Notes: generated from the letters alone by a model not told the origin. A stretch of 64,000 nucleotides of DNA from Actinomycetes bacterium (GCA_024276425.1 JAJRXF010000180.1:8804-72803); one strand, 5' to 3'; shown: positions 20,184 to 31,577, numbered from the stretch's first letter. Translations and numbers: made by a program.

Positions 20184-21502
20184 TAGTGGCCTCCTTGGGT
20201 TGTACCGGTCTGATGGCCTGCCAGCGACTCAGAATCCTGCGACTTGGGGGCGATTAGCTTGAGGCCTTCCTCCGCCAATCGCTCGCTTCGTGAGGTGCGT
20301 ATCGCGGCGTTCAGCATGGCATAGCCAAGCAGGCCAATGGCCAGTCCAAGGGCGATGACAATGACCAGGTCGGCCGAAGTGCTGTCAACAAAGGACAGAT
20401 CACCGGATCGAACAAGTTGGAGCCCACCGAGCATTAACAGCCAGGCCAGAGAAATCGGGATGAGGACCTTCCAGCCAAGGTCCATCAACTGGTCATAGCG
20501 GACTCGGGGAAGAGTGGCCCGGAACCACACAAAGATAAAGAGGAAGACCATGAGCTTGAGGAAAAACCAGATGAAGCCCATGAACGCACCAAGGGGCAAG
20601 AGTTGGGGGCCAGAGGGGCCACCAAAGAACAGGGTGACGATGATGCCACCCATGGTCACGGTATTCATGAACTCGGCCAGGAAGAACAAGGCGAACCGGA
20701 ACGATGAGTATTCGGTATGGAATCCACCGACGAGTTCCTGTTCGGCCTCGACCAAATCAAATGGCGGTCGGTTTAGCTCGGCCGTCGCAGCGATGAGGAA
20801 CACAATGAAGGGGATCAAGCCGGTTGTCACCACATTCCAGCGAGTGAAGTTAAAGCCGCCGTACCCTTCGGCTACTTGATTCAGGACGATCTGATTGGTA
20901 CTCAACGCGCCACTCACCAGGAAAACCGCAGCCAATGAAAGGCCGAGAGCTGCCTCATAAGAGATGGCTTGGGCGGTGGCCCGAACAGAACTGATTAGTG
21001 GATACTTCGATCCCGACCCGTAGCCAGCTAGAACGATGCCATACACGGCTAAGGAACTCATGGCCAAGAAAAACAGAATGCCGATGGGCACATCGGCAAC
21101 CTGCCACAGAAACTCCCGACTTCCAAGAAAGCCGGGCAACGTGCTACTGCCAGATCCCCCATTGGAAAAGTCACCAGCAATCGGAACTACCGTGAAGGTT
21201 AAGAAGGCGGGAACTACCGCCAAGAAGGGAGCCAGAACAAACAGGACCTTGTCGGCCTTGGCCGGGATGAGGTCTTCTTTGAACAACAGTTTCATGCCGT
21301 CGGCCATCGTTTGAAGCAGGCCAAATGGGCCAGCAACATTGGGACCGATTCGGTTCTGAAGGCGACCAACAACCTTGCGTTCGAACCAGACCATCAACAT
21401 GGTCATGACGAGCGTAAGAACTAAGGCAACAAGGGCCAAGACAACGGCCAAGATGACGTCGCCAAAATCGACGCCGTCGGCGAGGAAAGGATGCCCACCC
21501 AC
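20183..21502 (-). CDS. nuoH: NADH-quinone oxidoreductase subunit H, cluster 1
   Basis: [50 protein letters not shown]. Confidence 0.96.
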   Translation of the reverse strand: MGGHPFLADGVDFGDVILAVVLALVALVLTLVMTMLMVWFERKVVGRLQNRIGPNVAGPFGLLQTMADGMKLLFKEDLIPAKADKVLFVLAPFLAVVPAFLTFTVVPIAGDFSNGGSGSSTLPGFLGSREFLWQVADVPIGILFFLAMSSLAVYGIVLAGYGSGSKYPLISSVRATAQAISYEAALGLSLAAVFLVSGALSTNQIVLNQVAEGYGGFNFTRWNVVTTGLIPFIVFLIAATAELNRPPFDLVEAEQELVGGFHTEYSSFRFALFFLAEFMNTVTMGGIIVTLFFGGPSGPQLLPLGAFMGFIWFFLKLMVFLFIFVWFRATLPRVRYDQLMDLGWKVLIPISLAWLLMLGGLQLVRSGDLSFVDSTSADLVIVIALGLAIGLLGYAMLNAAIRTSRSERLAEEGLKLIAPKSQDSESLAGHQTGTTQGGH

Positions 21503-23946
21503 TAGCGCGCCACCCGAATTGTCGTTACCGGACTGCTAACAGAGATCAACTCGCCAACGTCAAACCCTGGTAGGCGAAAGGGAATGTGCGCCGTTCCACG
21601 AGGACAGGAATCATCGATGGTCACGACAAGATTTGCGCTGGCGCGTTCTGTCTCGATGGTGACTCGCTCACCCTCTTCGGTGGCCAACTTCTCGAAGTCG
21701 GACCTGGACAATGCCAGCCCAGCCTTCTCTGGCAGGCCAGCCAACGTGGCGGAGTTCTGAACCAAAGTCCCGAGATCCCACAATTTATGATCGACAACAA
21801 GGGCAAGCCCATAGCCGTCAACCGCGGGCACCGCCTTGCGCTCACCAAACTCAGGCGACCAGTCTCTCGTCGAATCGAGCAATGGCCCGTCGTCACCACG
21901 TCCCAGGTTGATCCAATCGACCTGAGAGAAACTCGCCACGTTGGCAGATAGGTCGATGCGCAGTTCTTCCAAGGTCGAAAAACCGAGATCGGCACCCAGC
22001 GATGCTGCCACGCCAACCGCGATAAGCCAGTCATCCCGAGATTGGCCCTTCGACGTTACTTTGGCCTGGATGGGACTCAGACGACCCTCGATATTGAGAA
22101 AACTACCATCAACCTCACCAAAGCCAGCCGCTGGAAGGACGATGTCGGCCAGGGTCGAGGAACTCGAAAGGAAGGTGTCAAGAGCAATAAGGTTGGTTAC
22201 CTGGTCGAAGGCTTGAGCAGCCAAGGCTCGATCAGGAAAGTCAGAGAGCGGATCTGCGCCAAGAAGCAGAAGCGTCTCGATTTGACCACCAACAACCGCT
22301 CGGAGAATCTGCTCGGTCGAGCATCCTCCCTCCGTTGGAACCCCGCCCATACCGAAGCCCGGGGCCAGTCCCATCTCAAACGCACCCATCAGGTTTCCGC
22401 GACGTAGCGCAGGCAAGAACTTTGCGTTGGGGGCAATAGTAAGGATCGATTGCACCGCGTCACGGAGAAAGTCTGAGGACTCGGCCAGATTCGCTCGGCC
22501 CAGAATGACCGTAACTGGCCGGTCACTGCCTAGGAGTTCGGCCGCCGCTTGGAGATCGCTCCCTTCGACCCCACCAACTGTTCCGCTGAAGGACCCATTG
22601 GCCATCGCCTCCGTTACCGAACCCAGGGCCCCAGGACGAGGGTGAAGGCTGAGGGCTGCATGCTTAGTCAACGATGTCCGTCGAGGTGTGATCTCGACAA
22701 TCGAGACCCCATCCTCAACCGCTGCGTGGCGTAGACGAAGGAAGAGAGTTGGCAGTTCTTCCTTTGGATCCCCTGCCATCAGAACAACAACGGACCCGGG
22801 TGCCACCGTTTCGGCAATACTCGCCCGTGGTAGGCCAAGGGCTAGATCAGCCGGAATACCATCGCCAAGGTCGGCATCGACATTGCTGATCAAGGCCACT
22901 TTGCTCAAAAGCTTGGACCACGCATATTGAGCTTCGACGCTCAATCGAGCGCCTCCGATGACTCCTACTCGCTCGGGGTTGGCGCCGAGGGCGGCGGCCG
23001 TTCGTGCCAGCGCGTTGTTCCACCGAATCGGAGCAAACCCAATATCACTTGTCTGGCCAGAACCGGTCTTGACTAGTGGTTCCGTCAACCGACTCGATGA
23101 GTTCGCCGACTCGTATCCAAACCGTTCCTTGTCTGACAACCATCCCCAATTGATGGCCTCGCTATCAACGCCAAGCACTCGGACTAGTTCATCTTGGGAG
23201 GATTGCAATGCAATGCGGGCGCCGGTGCCGTCAATGACGGCCGTCGACTCGGTCGCGGTTAGGTCCCACGGGCGCGCCTTGAATCGGTAGGGCGAGGCCG
23301 TGAGGGCCCCGACCGGACAGATCTGGACCGTATTCCCACTGAAATAGGAGGAGAAGGGGTGGTCCGGGAAGGTGTTGACCTGGGTCTCACTCCCCCGGCC
23401 CATAAAGTGAATGAGTGGATCGCCAGCCACCTCCTTGGAGAAACGCGTGCACCGATCACACAAGATGCAACGCTCACGGTCCAGGTTAACCAGGTCACTG
23501 ATCGGGATCGGCTTTTCGTAGTGCCGCTTCTCTTCCACAAAGCGGCTTTCACCGGGCCCATAGCTATACGCATTGTCTTGAAGTGGGCACTCTCCACCCT
23601 TGTCACAAACCGGGCAATCCAACGGATGGTTGATTAGGAAAAGTTCGAGCACTCCGCTCTGAGCCCGCTGGGTGACCTCATTCTCCGTCTGTACCTTCAT
23701 TTCCGGTGTGACCGGCAACATGCAGCTTGGCTGTAGGGCAGGACCGCGGCCAGTGTCGACCTCGACCAGGCACATTCGACACATTCCAACCGGTGTCATG
23801 CGTTCGTGGTAACAGAATCGTGGAATGTGAACTCCGTTACGTTCACACGCATCAATCAGAAGTTCGCCCTTGTTGGCGGTGAGTGACTTACCGTTGAGGA
23901 AGAAGGGAACCCCGGTTGCCGCCTCGGTCGATTCGGTTGCAGTCAT
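21502..23946 (-). CDS. nuoG: NADH-quinone oxidoreductase subunit G
   Basis: PRFCYH..GMCRMC..PSC (N1b), HPLDCPVCDKGGEC (N5), CILCDRC...CPVGAL (N4). Confidence 0.97.
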   Translation of the reverse strand: MTATESTEAATGVPFFLNGKSLTANKGELLIDACERNGVHIPRFCYHERMTPVGMCRMCLVEVDTGRGPALQPSCMLPVTPEMKVQTENEVTQRAQSGVLELFLINHPLDCPVCDKGGECPLQDNAYSYGPGESRFVEEKRHYEKPIPISDLVNLDRERCILCDRCTRFSKEVAGDPLIHFMGRGSETQVNTFPDHPFSSYFSGNTVQICPVGALTASPYRFKARPWDLTATESTAVIDGTGARIALQSSQDELVRVLGVDSEAINWGWLSDKERFGYESANSSSRLTEPLVKTGSGQTSDIGFAPIRWNNALARTAAALGANPERVGVIGGARLSVEAQYAWSKLLSKVALISNVDADLGDGIPADLALGLPRASIAETVAPGSVVVLMAGDPKEELPTLFLRLRHAAVEDGVSIVEITPRRTSLTKHAALSLHPRPGALGSVTEAMANGSFSGTVGGVEGSDLQAAAELLGSDRPVTVILGRANLAESSDFLRDAVQSILTIAPNAKFLPALRRGNLMGAFEMGLAPGFGMGGVPTEGGCSTEQILRAVVGGQIETLLLLGADPLSDFPDRALAAQAFDQVTNLIALDTFLSSSSTLADIVLPAAGFGEVDGSFLNIEGRLSPIQAKVTSKGQSRDDWLIAVGVAASLGADLGFSTLEELRIDLSANVASFSQVDWINLGRGDDGPLLDSTRDWSPEFGERKAVPAVDGYGLALVVDHKLWDLGTLVQNSATLAGLPEKAGLALSRSDFEKLATEEGERVTIETERASANLVVTIDDSCPRGTAHIPFRLPGFDVGELISVSSPVTTIRVAR

Positions 23947-25379
23947 TTACTCACCTCCAGTTGCTCCACCGCATCGGGCCCAACAGTAGGTGCCGTCGCC
24001 GAGATCAGTTCACTCTTAGGAATCAGCGCTTCGAACTCGGACCGGAACCGGCGAACCGCCGAGGTGATTGGAGCCACCGAAGACGGACCGAGCGGGCAAA
24101 TTGTCGTCTGTTTTGGAGGAAAGGGCACAGGGTCCAAATCCTCAGAAATGAATGAGGCTACGGGGTAATCTCCGGGGCTAATGCTCTGTCCAATCTCAAG
24201 AAGCAGGTCGAGGTCTTCGGGTCGACCGTGGCCGTCCGAAATACGCTGCAAGACCTTTTCTTCCCACGCAGTACCTTCGCGACACGGCGTGCATTTACCA
24301 CACGACTCCCTGGCATAGAACCGAACAAGCCGGAGACAAGCCTTGACGATGTCGGTTGTCTCGTCCATCACCATGATGGCGCCAGAACCAAGCATCGAGC
24401 CCTGTGATCCGACCTCAGACGCCTCGATGGGAAGATCGAGTTGGTCTTCAAAGAACCAGGGAGCAGATCCACCGCCGGGCACAAAAGCCTTCAGCGCGTT
24501 ACCATCCCGGATTCCCTGACAGAACTGTTCGCCGTAGAAAAGGTCTCGGAAGGTCACAACACCCTGTTCGACTTCGTAAACCCCCGGCCGGTTGACATGG
24601 CCACTGATGGCCAACATCCGGGTTCCTGGCGATTTCTCCGACCCATAGGATCGGAACTTGTCGGCCCCATTCACCATCAACCACGGCAAGTTAGCCAACG
24701 TCTCGACGTTGTTGACAATGGTTGGCTTCAAGTAGAGACCCTTCGCGGCCGGAAAGAACGGTGGCTTCAGCCGAGGCCGGCCAGGGTTTCCTTCCAGGCT
24801 TTCGATGAGGGCCGTCTCTTCACCAACGATGTAGGCACCTGCGCCCCAGTGCAAAACGACATCGATGGAGACGTCAGTACCCAAAATATTCTTGCCAACA
24901 TAGCCCGCGGCATAGGCGTCGTTGAGGGCCTGGGCGATCCGCTCCTGAGCCAGGGCCATCTCTCCCCGGACATACAAGAAGCATTGATTGAGTCCGAGGG
25001 CATAACAGGTGATGACGCAGCCTTCAATGAGCTGGTGGGGGTCGCGTTCCATGAGGAGCCGATCCTTATAGGTGCCCGGTTCGGACTCGTCACCGTTGAC
25101 CACCAGATATCGGGGCCAGACCGGTGGCATGAAGCCCCACTTAATTCCGGCTGGGAAACCAGCGCCGCCTCGTCCAAGTAAAACCGCATTCTTTACTTCA
25201 CCCGCAACCTCGGCTGGTGAGCGCCGAAGGGCATCTTTAAGGCCGTCGTACCCGCCGGTGGCCAGAGCCCGAACCAACGTATAGCTATCCTCATGGAGAA
25301 ACCGGCTGGTGACAATCTTGGGACCGTCATTGTCGACATAGCCCGCGGCGTGTGGGACATAGGCGTTCGTGGCCACCAT
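23943..25379 (-). CDS. nuoF: NADH-quinone oxidoreductase subunit F
   Basis: GRGGAGFP, NGDESEPGTYKDR, GAYIVGEETAL, ESCGKCTPCREG. Confidence 0.97.
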   Translation of the reverse strand: MVATNAYVPHAAGYVDNDGPKIVTSRFLHEDSYTLVRALATGGYDGLKDALRRSPAEVAGEVKNAVLLGRGGAGFPAGIKWGFMPPVWPRYLVVNGDESEPGTYKDRLLMERDPHQLIEGCVITCYALGLNQCFLYVRGEMALAQERIAQALNDAYAAGYVGKNILGTDVSIDVVLHWGAGAYIVGEETALIESLEGNPGRPRLKPPFFPAAKGLYLKPTIVNNVETLANLPWLMVNGADKFRSYGSEKSPGTRMLAISGHVNRPGVYEVEQGVVTFRDLFYGEQFCQGIRDGNALKAFVPGGGSAPWFFEDQLDLPIEASEVGSQGSMLGSGAIMVMDETTDIVKACLRLVRFYARESCGKCTPCREGTAWEEKVLQRISDGHGRPEDLDLLLEIGQSISPGDYPVASFISEDLDPVPFPPKQTTICPLGPSSVAPITSAVRRFRSEFEALIPKSELISATAPTVGPDAVEQLEVSK

Positions 25380-26008
25380 CAGGCCTTTCCAGAGTCTTCG
25401 GGGGCGGGCTGACGGCTGGCAAACCAGCTTGGGGTTCCGGCCTCTTCGGGAGATTCATTTCCAGCCAGACGATCCGCCGGAATGTGCTGGCGCACAAGCC
25501 CGAGGGTTCCATGCTCTGGGAGGTCGCTCCTGTTGCCCGTGCGAATGTCGTTGATGAGTTCGTCAAAGTCAGACGTGGTCAGGCGGTACTCGTAGCGATA
25601 GTTGACCTGCATGCATGGGGCCTCAGTACAAGCGGCTATGCACTCGACATCCTCGACGGTGAACAATCCGTCATCGGTGACATCTCCCGGGCGGACACCA
25701 AGGGCCTGCTCGGCATGGTGAAGCAGTTCTTCTCCCCCGTTGAGCTGACAACTTAGGTTGGTACAGATATTCAGAACGTATTTGCCAACGGGTTCGCGTT
25801 TGAACATCTCATAGAAGGTGCAAGTCCCCAAAACCTCAGCCGGGGCAACCCCGACCAACTCGGCCAACTGTTCCATGGCATCAGCCGCCACATAGCCGTC
25901 TTGCTCTTGGGCCAGATGCAACAACGGTATGAGCGCAGACTTGGGACGGGGGTAACGCGAAATAATCTCTCGCGCCAGGGTTTCATTGGCGGCACTTAGC
26001 CTGCTCAT
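25379..26008 (-). CDS. nuoE: NADH-quinone oxidoreductase subunit E
   Basis: CTNLSC...VECIAACTEAP 2Fe-2S ligands. Confidence 0.96.
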   Translation of the reverse strand: MSRLSAANETLAREIISRYPRPKSALIPLLHLAQEQDGYVAADAMEQLAELVGVAPAEVLGTCTFYEMFKREPVGKYVLNICTNLSCQLNGGEELLHHAEQALGVRPGDVTDDGLFTVEDVECIAACTEAPCMQVNYRYEYRLTTSDFDELINDIRTGNRSDLPEHGTLGLVRQHIPADRLAGNESPEEAGTPSWFASRQPAPEDSGKA

Positions 26009-27339
26009 CGGTCGGACTCACCCATAATTGGATCGGCGGAGGACAAAATGGCAACACCGTCGGCTAGCAAGCCGCCAGCCATCATGTGCGGCAATGTTTG
26101 AATGTTGATGAAACTCGGGCCTCGGACATGCATACGATAGGGCTTGGAACCACCGTCGCTGACGATATAGCAACCAAGTTCGCCCCGCGGAGACTCCACA
26201 GCGGCGTAGACCTCGCCCTCGGGAACTTTGAACCCCTCGGTAAAGATCTTAAAGTGGTGAATAAGGGCCTCCATTGATTCATCAATTCGAGCCCGAGGTG
26301 GCGGAGTGACTTTGGCATCCAGGGCGCGCCAGTCGCCCTCTGGCATCTTCTCCACGCACTGATCCACGATTCGAATTGATTCACGGATCTCGTTGAGGCG
26401 GATGGCGTAGCGATCAAAACAATCGCCATAGGTTCCGACCACTGTGTCGAAGTCAACCTGGTCGTAGAACAAATAGGGCTCGTCGTGGCGGAGATCTCTG
26501 GCCATGCCGGTCGAACGCAGGATCGGCCCGGTGGTCGACAGGGCAATGGCCTCATCCGCGGTAAAAACACCAACGCCTTGGAGCCGGTCACGCCAGATCG
26601 GCTGTCCCGTCATCAGAATGTCGTACTCGTCGAGACGGTCGGGCAACATGGCGGTGAGTGCCTGCACATCTTCTCGCCAGCCATCGGGCAGATCGGCTGC
26701 TACGCCACCAGGACGAATGTAGTTGTGATTCATCCGTAATCCGGTTGTCTTTTCGAAGAACCGAAGAATTTGCTCACGTTCCCTCCATCCGTACAGCATC
26801 ATGGAGACCGCTCCAAGGTCCATACCATTTGTGGCCATGAACAGAAGGTGTGAGGCAATTCGGTTGAGCTCGGTCATGAGCATGCGGATCCAGGTTGCTC
26901 GCTCCGGAACCTCGATTTCCAGAAGCTCCTCGACTGCGAGCGAGAACGCCAACTCAGTGAAAAGAGGGGAGATGTAGTCCATCCGGGTGACATTGGTGGT
27001 GCCCTGGAGAAACGTTAGGCTTTCGGCCTGCTTTTCCATGCCGGTATGGAGGTAGCCGACGATCGGCTTGGAGCGAACCACCGTCTCACCATCGAGTTCA
27101 AGCATGAGACGGAGCACACCATGGGTACTCGGATGGGCTGGTCCCATGTTGATTAGCATGGTCTGATCGGTCTCGTCGTCAATGCGTTCGTTGGCTGTTT
27201 CGGCCATCCGAACTTCGGTCATCCGCAACACATTGTCCCGATGGGGCAAAAGATGAAGTTGACCAATCGGCCGACTTGCCGGGTCCGGGTTTTTTGTCGT
27301 ATCTGCCCGGGCTGTCTCCTCCGAATCAATAGCGGTCAT
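26005..27339 (-). CDS. nuoD: NADH-quinone oxidoreductase subunit D, cluster 1
   Basis: NMGPAHPSTHGVLR, RMDY, ESPRGELG, terminal GESDR. Confidence 0.97.
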   Translation of the reverse strand: MTAIDSEETARADTTKNPDPASRPIGQLHLLPHRDNVLRMTEVRMAETANERIDDETDQTMLINMGPAHPSTHGVLRLMLELDGETVVRSKPIVGYLHTGMEKQAESLTFLQGTTNVTRMDYISPLFTELAFSLAVEELLEIEVPERATWIRMLMTELNRIASHLLFMATNGMDLGAVSMMLYGWREREQILRFFEKTTGLRMNHNYIRPGGVAADLPDGWREDVQALTAMLPDRLDEYDILMTGQPIWRDRLQGVGVFTADEAIALSTTGPILRSTGMARDLRHDEPYLFYDQVDFDTVVGTYGDCFDRYAIRLNEIRESIRIVDQCVEKMPEGDWRALDAKVTPPPRARIDESMEALIHHFKIFTEGFKVPEGEVYAAVESPRGELGCYIVSDGGSKPYRMHVRGPSFINIQTLPHMMAGGLLADGVAILSSADPIMGESDR

Positions 27340-27893
27340 GGCCGCGACCCTTCCGCCTTCGAGGATCCCTTGAACTGCACCGGTATTGCCCCGATGGCAT
27401 AGTCCTTGCGGAGAGGGTGACCAACCCAGGATTCTGGCATGAGCACCCGAGATAGATCAGGATGACCGGTGAAAACGATGCCGAACATATCAAAGACCTC
27501 GCGTTCCATGAAGTCAGACCCTGGATAGAGCACAAAAAGCGAGCTGATCGTCAAGGCATCGGCGTTCACCTGGGTCCGCATTCGGATTCGGTCCCTTGTC
27601 ACAAAGTTGGCAAAGCCTGCCACCACCTCGTACCGCTCCGGATTGATTCCCTCCGGGAGATCTCGTTGAGCCCTATAGGTCAGGTAGTCGACAGCAGTCA
27701 GGTCGATACACATCCTGTAGCCGTCCTCAAGGAGCGCCTGAGCGGTGGTAAACCACTGATCCTTGGATGGATGTATGACCCGCTGATTTCGGGAATAGCT
27801 GACCACGCAGTTATAGGCCATCTCGGGAGCTGGCTGGGCCCGAGCTTCCTCCTCACTGCCTTGTTGCTTCTCGGTGGCTGGGTCTGTAGTCAA
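27336..27893 (-). CDS. nuoC: NADH-quinone oxidoreductase subunit C, cluster 1
   Basis: [26 protein letters not shown]. Confidence 0.96.
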   Translation of the reverse strand: MTTDPATEKQQGSEEEARAQPAPEMAYNCVVSYSRNQRVIHPSKDQWFTTAQALLEDGYRMCIDLTAVDYLTYRAQRDLPEGINPERYEVVAGFANFVTRDRIRMRTQVNADALTISSLFVLYPGSDFMEREVFDMFGIVFTGHPDLSRVLMPESWVGHPLRKDYAIGAIPVQFKGSSKAEGSRP

Positions 27894-28477
27894 CTTCTGC
27901 TCAGATCAATCATGTGGGCCTCACCCTGGCCATCGAGTTGTTCGATCGTTACTCCCGCACCGGCTCCCGTGGTGCTTCGTCGGTGCAACAGTTCGCCGCT
28001 TTCAATCTTAAGATGAAGGGTGTTGATTGCGTGGAGAAGGGTCTGAGGTCCCGGAGGACAGCCGGGAGCGTACACGTCGACGGGCACGATCTGATCGACT
28101 CCCTGGACAATGGCATAGTTGTTGAACATGCCGCCACTGGAGGCGCAGACCCCCATAGAAATTACCCACTTTGGCTCCATCATCTGGTCATAAACCTGAC
28201 GCAGAACCGGGGCCATCTTTTGGCTGACCCGACCGGCAACGATCATAACGTCGGCCTGACGTGGAGAAGCTCGGAACACTTCCATGCCCAGGCGAGAGAT
28301 GTCGTAGTGGGCCCCGCCAGTAGCCATCATTTCAATGGCACAACATGCCAGTCCGAACGAGGCTGGCCAACTCGACCGAGCTCTAGCCCAATTCACCATG
28401 CTCTCAACGTGGCCGGTGATCACGTTGTGCTCAAGGGCTCCGATGCCATCAAACTCGAAATCGTCAAGCTTTGCCAT
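27890..28477 (-). CDS. nuoB: NADH-quinone oxidoreductase subunit B, cluster 1
   Basis: [34 protein letters not shown]. Confidence 0.97.
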   Translation of the reverse strand: MAKLDDFEFDGIGALEHNVITGHVESMVNWARARSSWPASFGLACCAIEMMATGGAHYDISRLGMEVFRASPRQADVMIVAGRVSQKMAPVLRQVYDQMMEPKWVISMGVCASSGGMFNNYAIVQGVDQIVPVDVYAPGCPPGPQTLLHAINTLHLKIESGELLHRRSTTGAGAGVTIEQLDGQGEAHMIDLSRS

Positions 28478-29007
28478 CAGGCTGCTGCTCCGTCTTGTTC
28501 AGGAACCGAATCTGTCGCAGCGTTACCATCGATCAAGGCGTCCTTCAGACTCTCGACCTCTTCGAAACGACCGACTAACCCCACCTTGCGGACCGTCGAT
28601 TCCACGGTGCGATCCTCGTTGACCATGGGACTAAGGCGACGGTTGACCTGGAGGGTGCCCCAATCAAGGGCGCCCTTGGATATGAGATAGATGAAGGACT
28701 CAAAGACAAGAGCCGAGAAGATCAGGATGGCAACAAGTCCGAAGCGACCGAGCCCCGCGTTGGCAACCGCCCAGGGATACAAAAACACAATCTCAATATC
28801 GAAAATGATGAAGAGCATGGCAATAAGGTAGAAGCGAACAGGGAACCGGTGTGGAGGCTCGCGACCGGGCACGATCCCACACTCATAAGGAGCGAGCTTT
28901 TCTTCTGTCGGCCGACTTGGCGAAACAAGCTTGGACACGACCAGATTGATTGCAGCAAATCCGGACCCAAGGAGTAACAGAGCCAACACCGGCAGGTACT
29001 GGGCCAT
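28477..29007 (-). CDS. nuoA: NADH-quinone oxidoreductase subunit A, cluster 1 (C-terminal extension)
   Basis: [33 protein letters not shown]; start at ATG 29007 behind GAAAGGA. Confidence 0.95.
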   Translation of the reverse strand: MAQYLPVLALLLLGSGFAAINLVVSKLVSPSRPTEEKLAPYECGIVPGREPPHRFPVRFYLIAMLFIIFDIEIVFLYPWAVANAGLGRFGLVAILIFSALVFESFIYLISKGALDWGTLQVNRRLSPMVNEDRTVESTVRKVGLVGRFEEVESLKDALIDGNAATDSVPEQDGAAA

Positions 29008-29070
29008 ACTATGTCCTTTCACAAATTGTCAGAGATGTCCGCAAATCGGGATACGGCGGTCTCCAGGGTA

Positions 29071-30021
29071 CTACGCAGCGGCGGACCGAATGGCCTGTTC
29101 GCGACGGTCACGTAAGTGCATTGACCAGACGAGTAGTCCAAAGATGATGCCGTTAAAGATGCCAAAGAGGGCTGGAGTAACCCGAGTTCCACCGAACAAT
29201 ATCGGTAGCGGGCCACCACGATCACGTTCCATCACCACACTGATGACGGGCTTGTCCGGGTCTGGAGTAGCCACGGGCGGCGCTTCGCCCGGCAAGGCCG
29301 GTGTATCGATGACCCCTTGGACCTGGATGACCATGAGTTCTCGTGGATGCCAGAAACGTATGAACGTTGTGTCGAACTTGTGAAGCACTCGGTCATACCA
29401 GCGAGGGTCCTCAACCAAGAGTGGTTTCCCACCAATGTTGTAGGCCCCAAAACGAAGGGGAACATAGGCTGAGGTGTTCTCGAAAATCTTCTCTTCGCTC
29501 AGATACTCATCGGCCGAGGCCTGAGCCTCCCCCCTTCGAGGATTCGAGGTAACCAAGTAGCGCCATCCAGCAAGTGAGTCGGTGTTCTTCTTGGCATAGA
29601 TTGATGCCTCTTCCTGGGCTGCCTCAGGGTCATCTGATTGCACGCCATCAGCAATGGAAAAGGTCTCCAACGCCCGGGCTAGTTCAAGTACCTCTTCGTC
29701 TTCAGAAAAGACCAAGCCATCATCGCTTAGTGCTGGCGCATCGGCATCGATCTCCACCAGTTTCCACGACTCGGCCTCACCCTTCCAACCAATGCCATAA
29801 ACGGTCCAAAAGACCCCCATCGTGGCCATCCAACCAAAGAGCGCGGCCGCCGAGATGAGGCCACCTAAGCGAGGGCCCGAGTTGGTCGAGACGATCAGGT
29901 ATGTGCTGCCCATGAGCACGACGACACCGACCATAACCACCAGCACGCCACGGAAAAACGGGTCGAAGGCGACGCCACCAATGAAGGCCAGGCTATTGAC
30001 CCCAGCAAGGCTACCCATCAC
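29071..30021 (-). CDS. Uncharacterised membrane protein (2 N-terminal TMs, soluble domain, C-terminal TM)
   Basis: 316-aa ORF with GTGA overlap to the upstream cytochrome c; clear hydrophobic segments; no recognised family. Confidence 0.85.
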   Translation of the reverse strand: MMGSLAGVNSLAFIGGVAFDPFFRGVLVVMVGVVVLMGSTYLIVSTNSGPRLGGLISAAALFGWMATMGVFWTVYGIGWKGEAESWKLVEIDADAPALSDDGLVFSEDEEVLELARALETFSIADGVQSDDPEAAQEEASIYAKKNTDSLAGWRYLVTSNPRRGEAQASADEYLSEEKIFENTSAYVPLRFGAYNIGGKPLLVEDPRWYDRVLHKFDTTFIRFWHPRELMVIQVQGVIDTPALPGEAPPVATPDPDKPVISVVMERDRGGPLPILFGGTRVTPALFGIFNGIIFGLLVWSMHLRDRREQAIRSAAA

Positions 30022-31577
30022 AGACCCCGGACATAGTCGATAGCCGCCTGAATGTATTCAGCCGGAAGGAGACCCGCAAAACTCGGCATCATCCCGGCGT
30101 TGCTTTGTCCACCGTCGCCATAACCTGCTCCAGCCTCCGCGCCATTGGAAACGAAGTTGAACTGGGCCCGGCTGGTTCGTTCCGGCATCTCGACAATCGT
30201 ACAGTCGCCACCAAGTCGACCATCGGCAAACTCAATAACCGTTCCCGAAAGACTTCGGGCATTCAGTCGAGGGGGATCGATGAAGTTGCCATCGGCATCC
30301 ACTTGGACTTTGAAACTTGGATCGAATGGATAGGCGTTGGCCGCTACTCCACCTGGTTCCCACAGTTTGGAGTTGTACCCACAGACAGCCAGGTCCCCAT
30401 ACTGTTCACCACTCAGGATCTGATAAGGAATGGGATTGCCGTCGGCGTCTGTCTCATCAGATATTGGCCTGCCGGTGTCATCAAGGCGAATTTCCTGGTT
30501 GTCCATCGACAAGTAGTATCTATATTCGACAATGTCGGGATCGGACGCGAGATAGCTGGGATGTCCCCCCTCAGGAGCCCAGGTCCCGTCCGGATTCTTC
30601 CACGCATCGTCGGGGAAGCGTTCGGTTATACCACCACACAAGCTGAAGCCAATTCCCGACGGATCACCACCACCACAACCAGCCACTCCAAGGGCCAATG
30701 GATCGGTGCCAGCCTCACGCGGAATATCTGGTCCCAAAGACCAGCCAGCGGTATGGCAGCGAGCGCAACTTAGCGAGCCAGCCTTGAACCCACTGAAGTA
30801 GCCAAGATTGAACACTGCTTCGCCAATAGTGGAGAACTCACCGTCGTCGATTGATCGCTGGAGTTCGTCTCGAATCTCTTGGGCTAGTTCGTCGGCTGCT
30901 GCTTGAGCGGCCACGGAGTCTTCCTGCTGAGAAATGACAATGGGATCAAGCGTTTGCACCTGGAAGGTCTGAATGTACTCGATGATGTTTTGCACCTGTT
31001 GGCTCGTAAGGGGACCACCGCCAGGAGTGCCCCAAGCCGCCATCGGCGAACCGGGGCGCCCGTAATTGAGAATGTAGGTGACCTCTTCTTCGTCGTAGCG
31101 GTTGAAGATGTTATTCAACGCTGGCGCTTGCCATGTTGCATTCGCGATGAATTGACCGTCGGCGTCCTGTAACACATAGGGAGCCGAGCCGCCTACGCCA
31201 CCAGCCGCATGGCAATTCACACACTGTGCTCCGCTCAGATAGCTACCTTCGCCTCGGCTCTCGAAATTCAACTGGTAGGCGTTGACGGCGCCCTCTTGCC
31301 GACCCGGTTCCGCCAGCCAATAGAAGGGAAGCGAGATGGAAACGACTGCCAAAAGCACTAAGGCGAAGCTGAGAGACTTGTCGAGCTTGGGTCCTTCAAG
31401 CTCTTCGTCGTTGAGGTAAGGAACCCGGTTGGCGGCAAGTTCGATTTCCGAGCCGAGTTCCGGTTTTGCTATGAAGACATTGCGAATAAAGAGCGCGACA
31501 AAGGCAACGAGAACAACCACTGCCACGGTGAGGCCGATGCCGCGAAAACTCACGGCGAGAAGGACAGCGAAGGTCAT
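30018..31577 (-). CDS. Membrane-anchored dihaem cytochrome c of the Rieske/cytochrome b complex
   Basis: Two N-terminal TMs, CVNCH and CARCH, candidate distal Met ligands (GSPMAAW, GMMPSF). Confidence 0.88.
   Translation of the reverse strand: MTFAVLLAVSFRGIGLTVAVVVLVAFVALFIRNVFIAKPELGSEIELAANRVPYLNDEELEGPKLDKSLSFALVLLAVVSISLPFYWLAEPGRQEGAVNAYQLNFESRGEGSYLSGAQCVNCHAAGGVGGSAPYVLQDADGQFIANATWQAPALNNIFNRYDEEEVTYILNYGRPGSPMAAWGTPGGGPLTSQQVQNIIEYIQTFQVQTLDPIVISQQEDSVAAQAAADELAQEIRDELQRSIDDGEFSTIGEAVFNLGYFSGFKAGSLSCARCHTAGWSLGPDIPREAGTDPLALGVAGCGGGDPSGIGFSLCGGITERFPDDAWKNPDGTWAPEGGHPSYLASDPDIVEYRYYLSMDNQEIRLDDTGRPISDETDADGNPIPYQILSGEQYGDLAVCGYNSKLWEPGGVAANAYPFDPSFKVQVDADGNFIDPPRLNARSLSGTVIEFADGRLGGDCTIVEMPERTSRAQFNFVSNGAEAGAGYGDGGQSNAGMMPSFAGLLPAEYIQAAIDYVRGL

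Noticed and set aside
29008-29030. Rex operator upstream of nuoA
   Set aside because: Only the half-site TTGTGAA is present, overlapping the RBS; the second arm (TTCACAA) is missing, and no rex gene precedes hemA here
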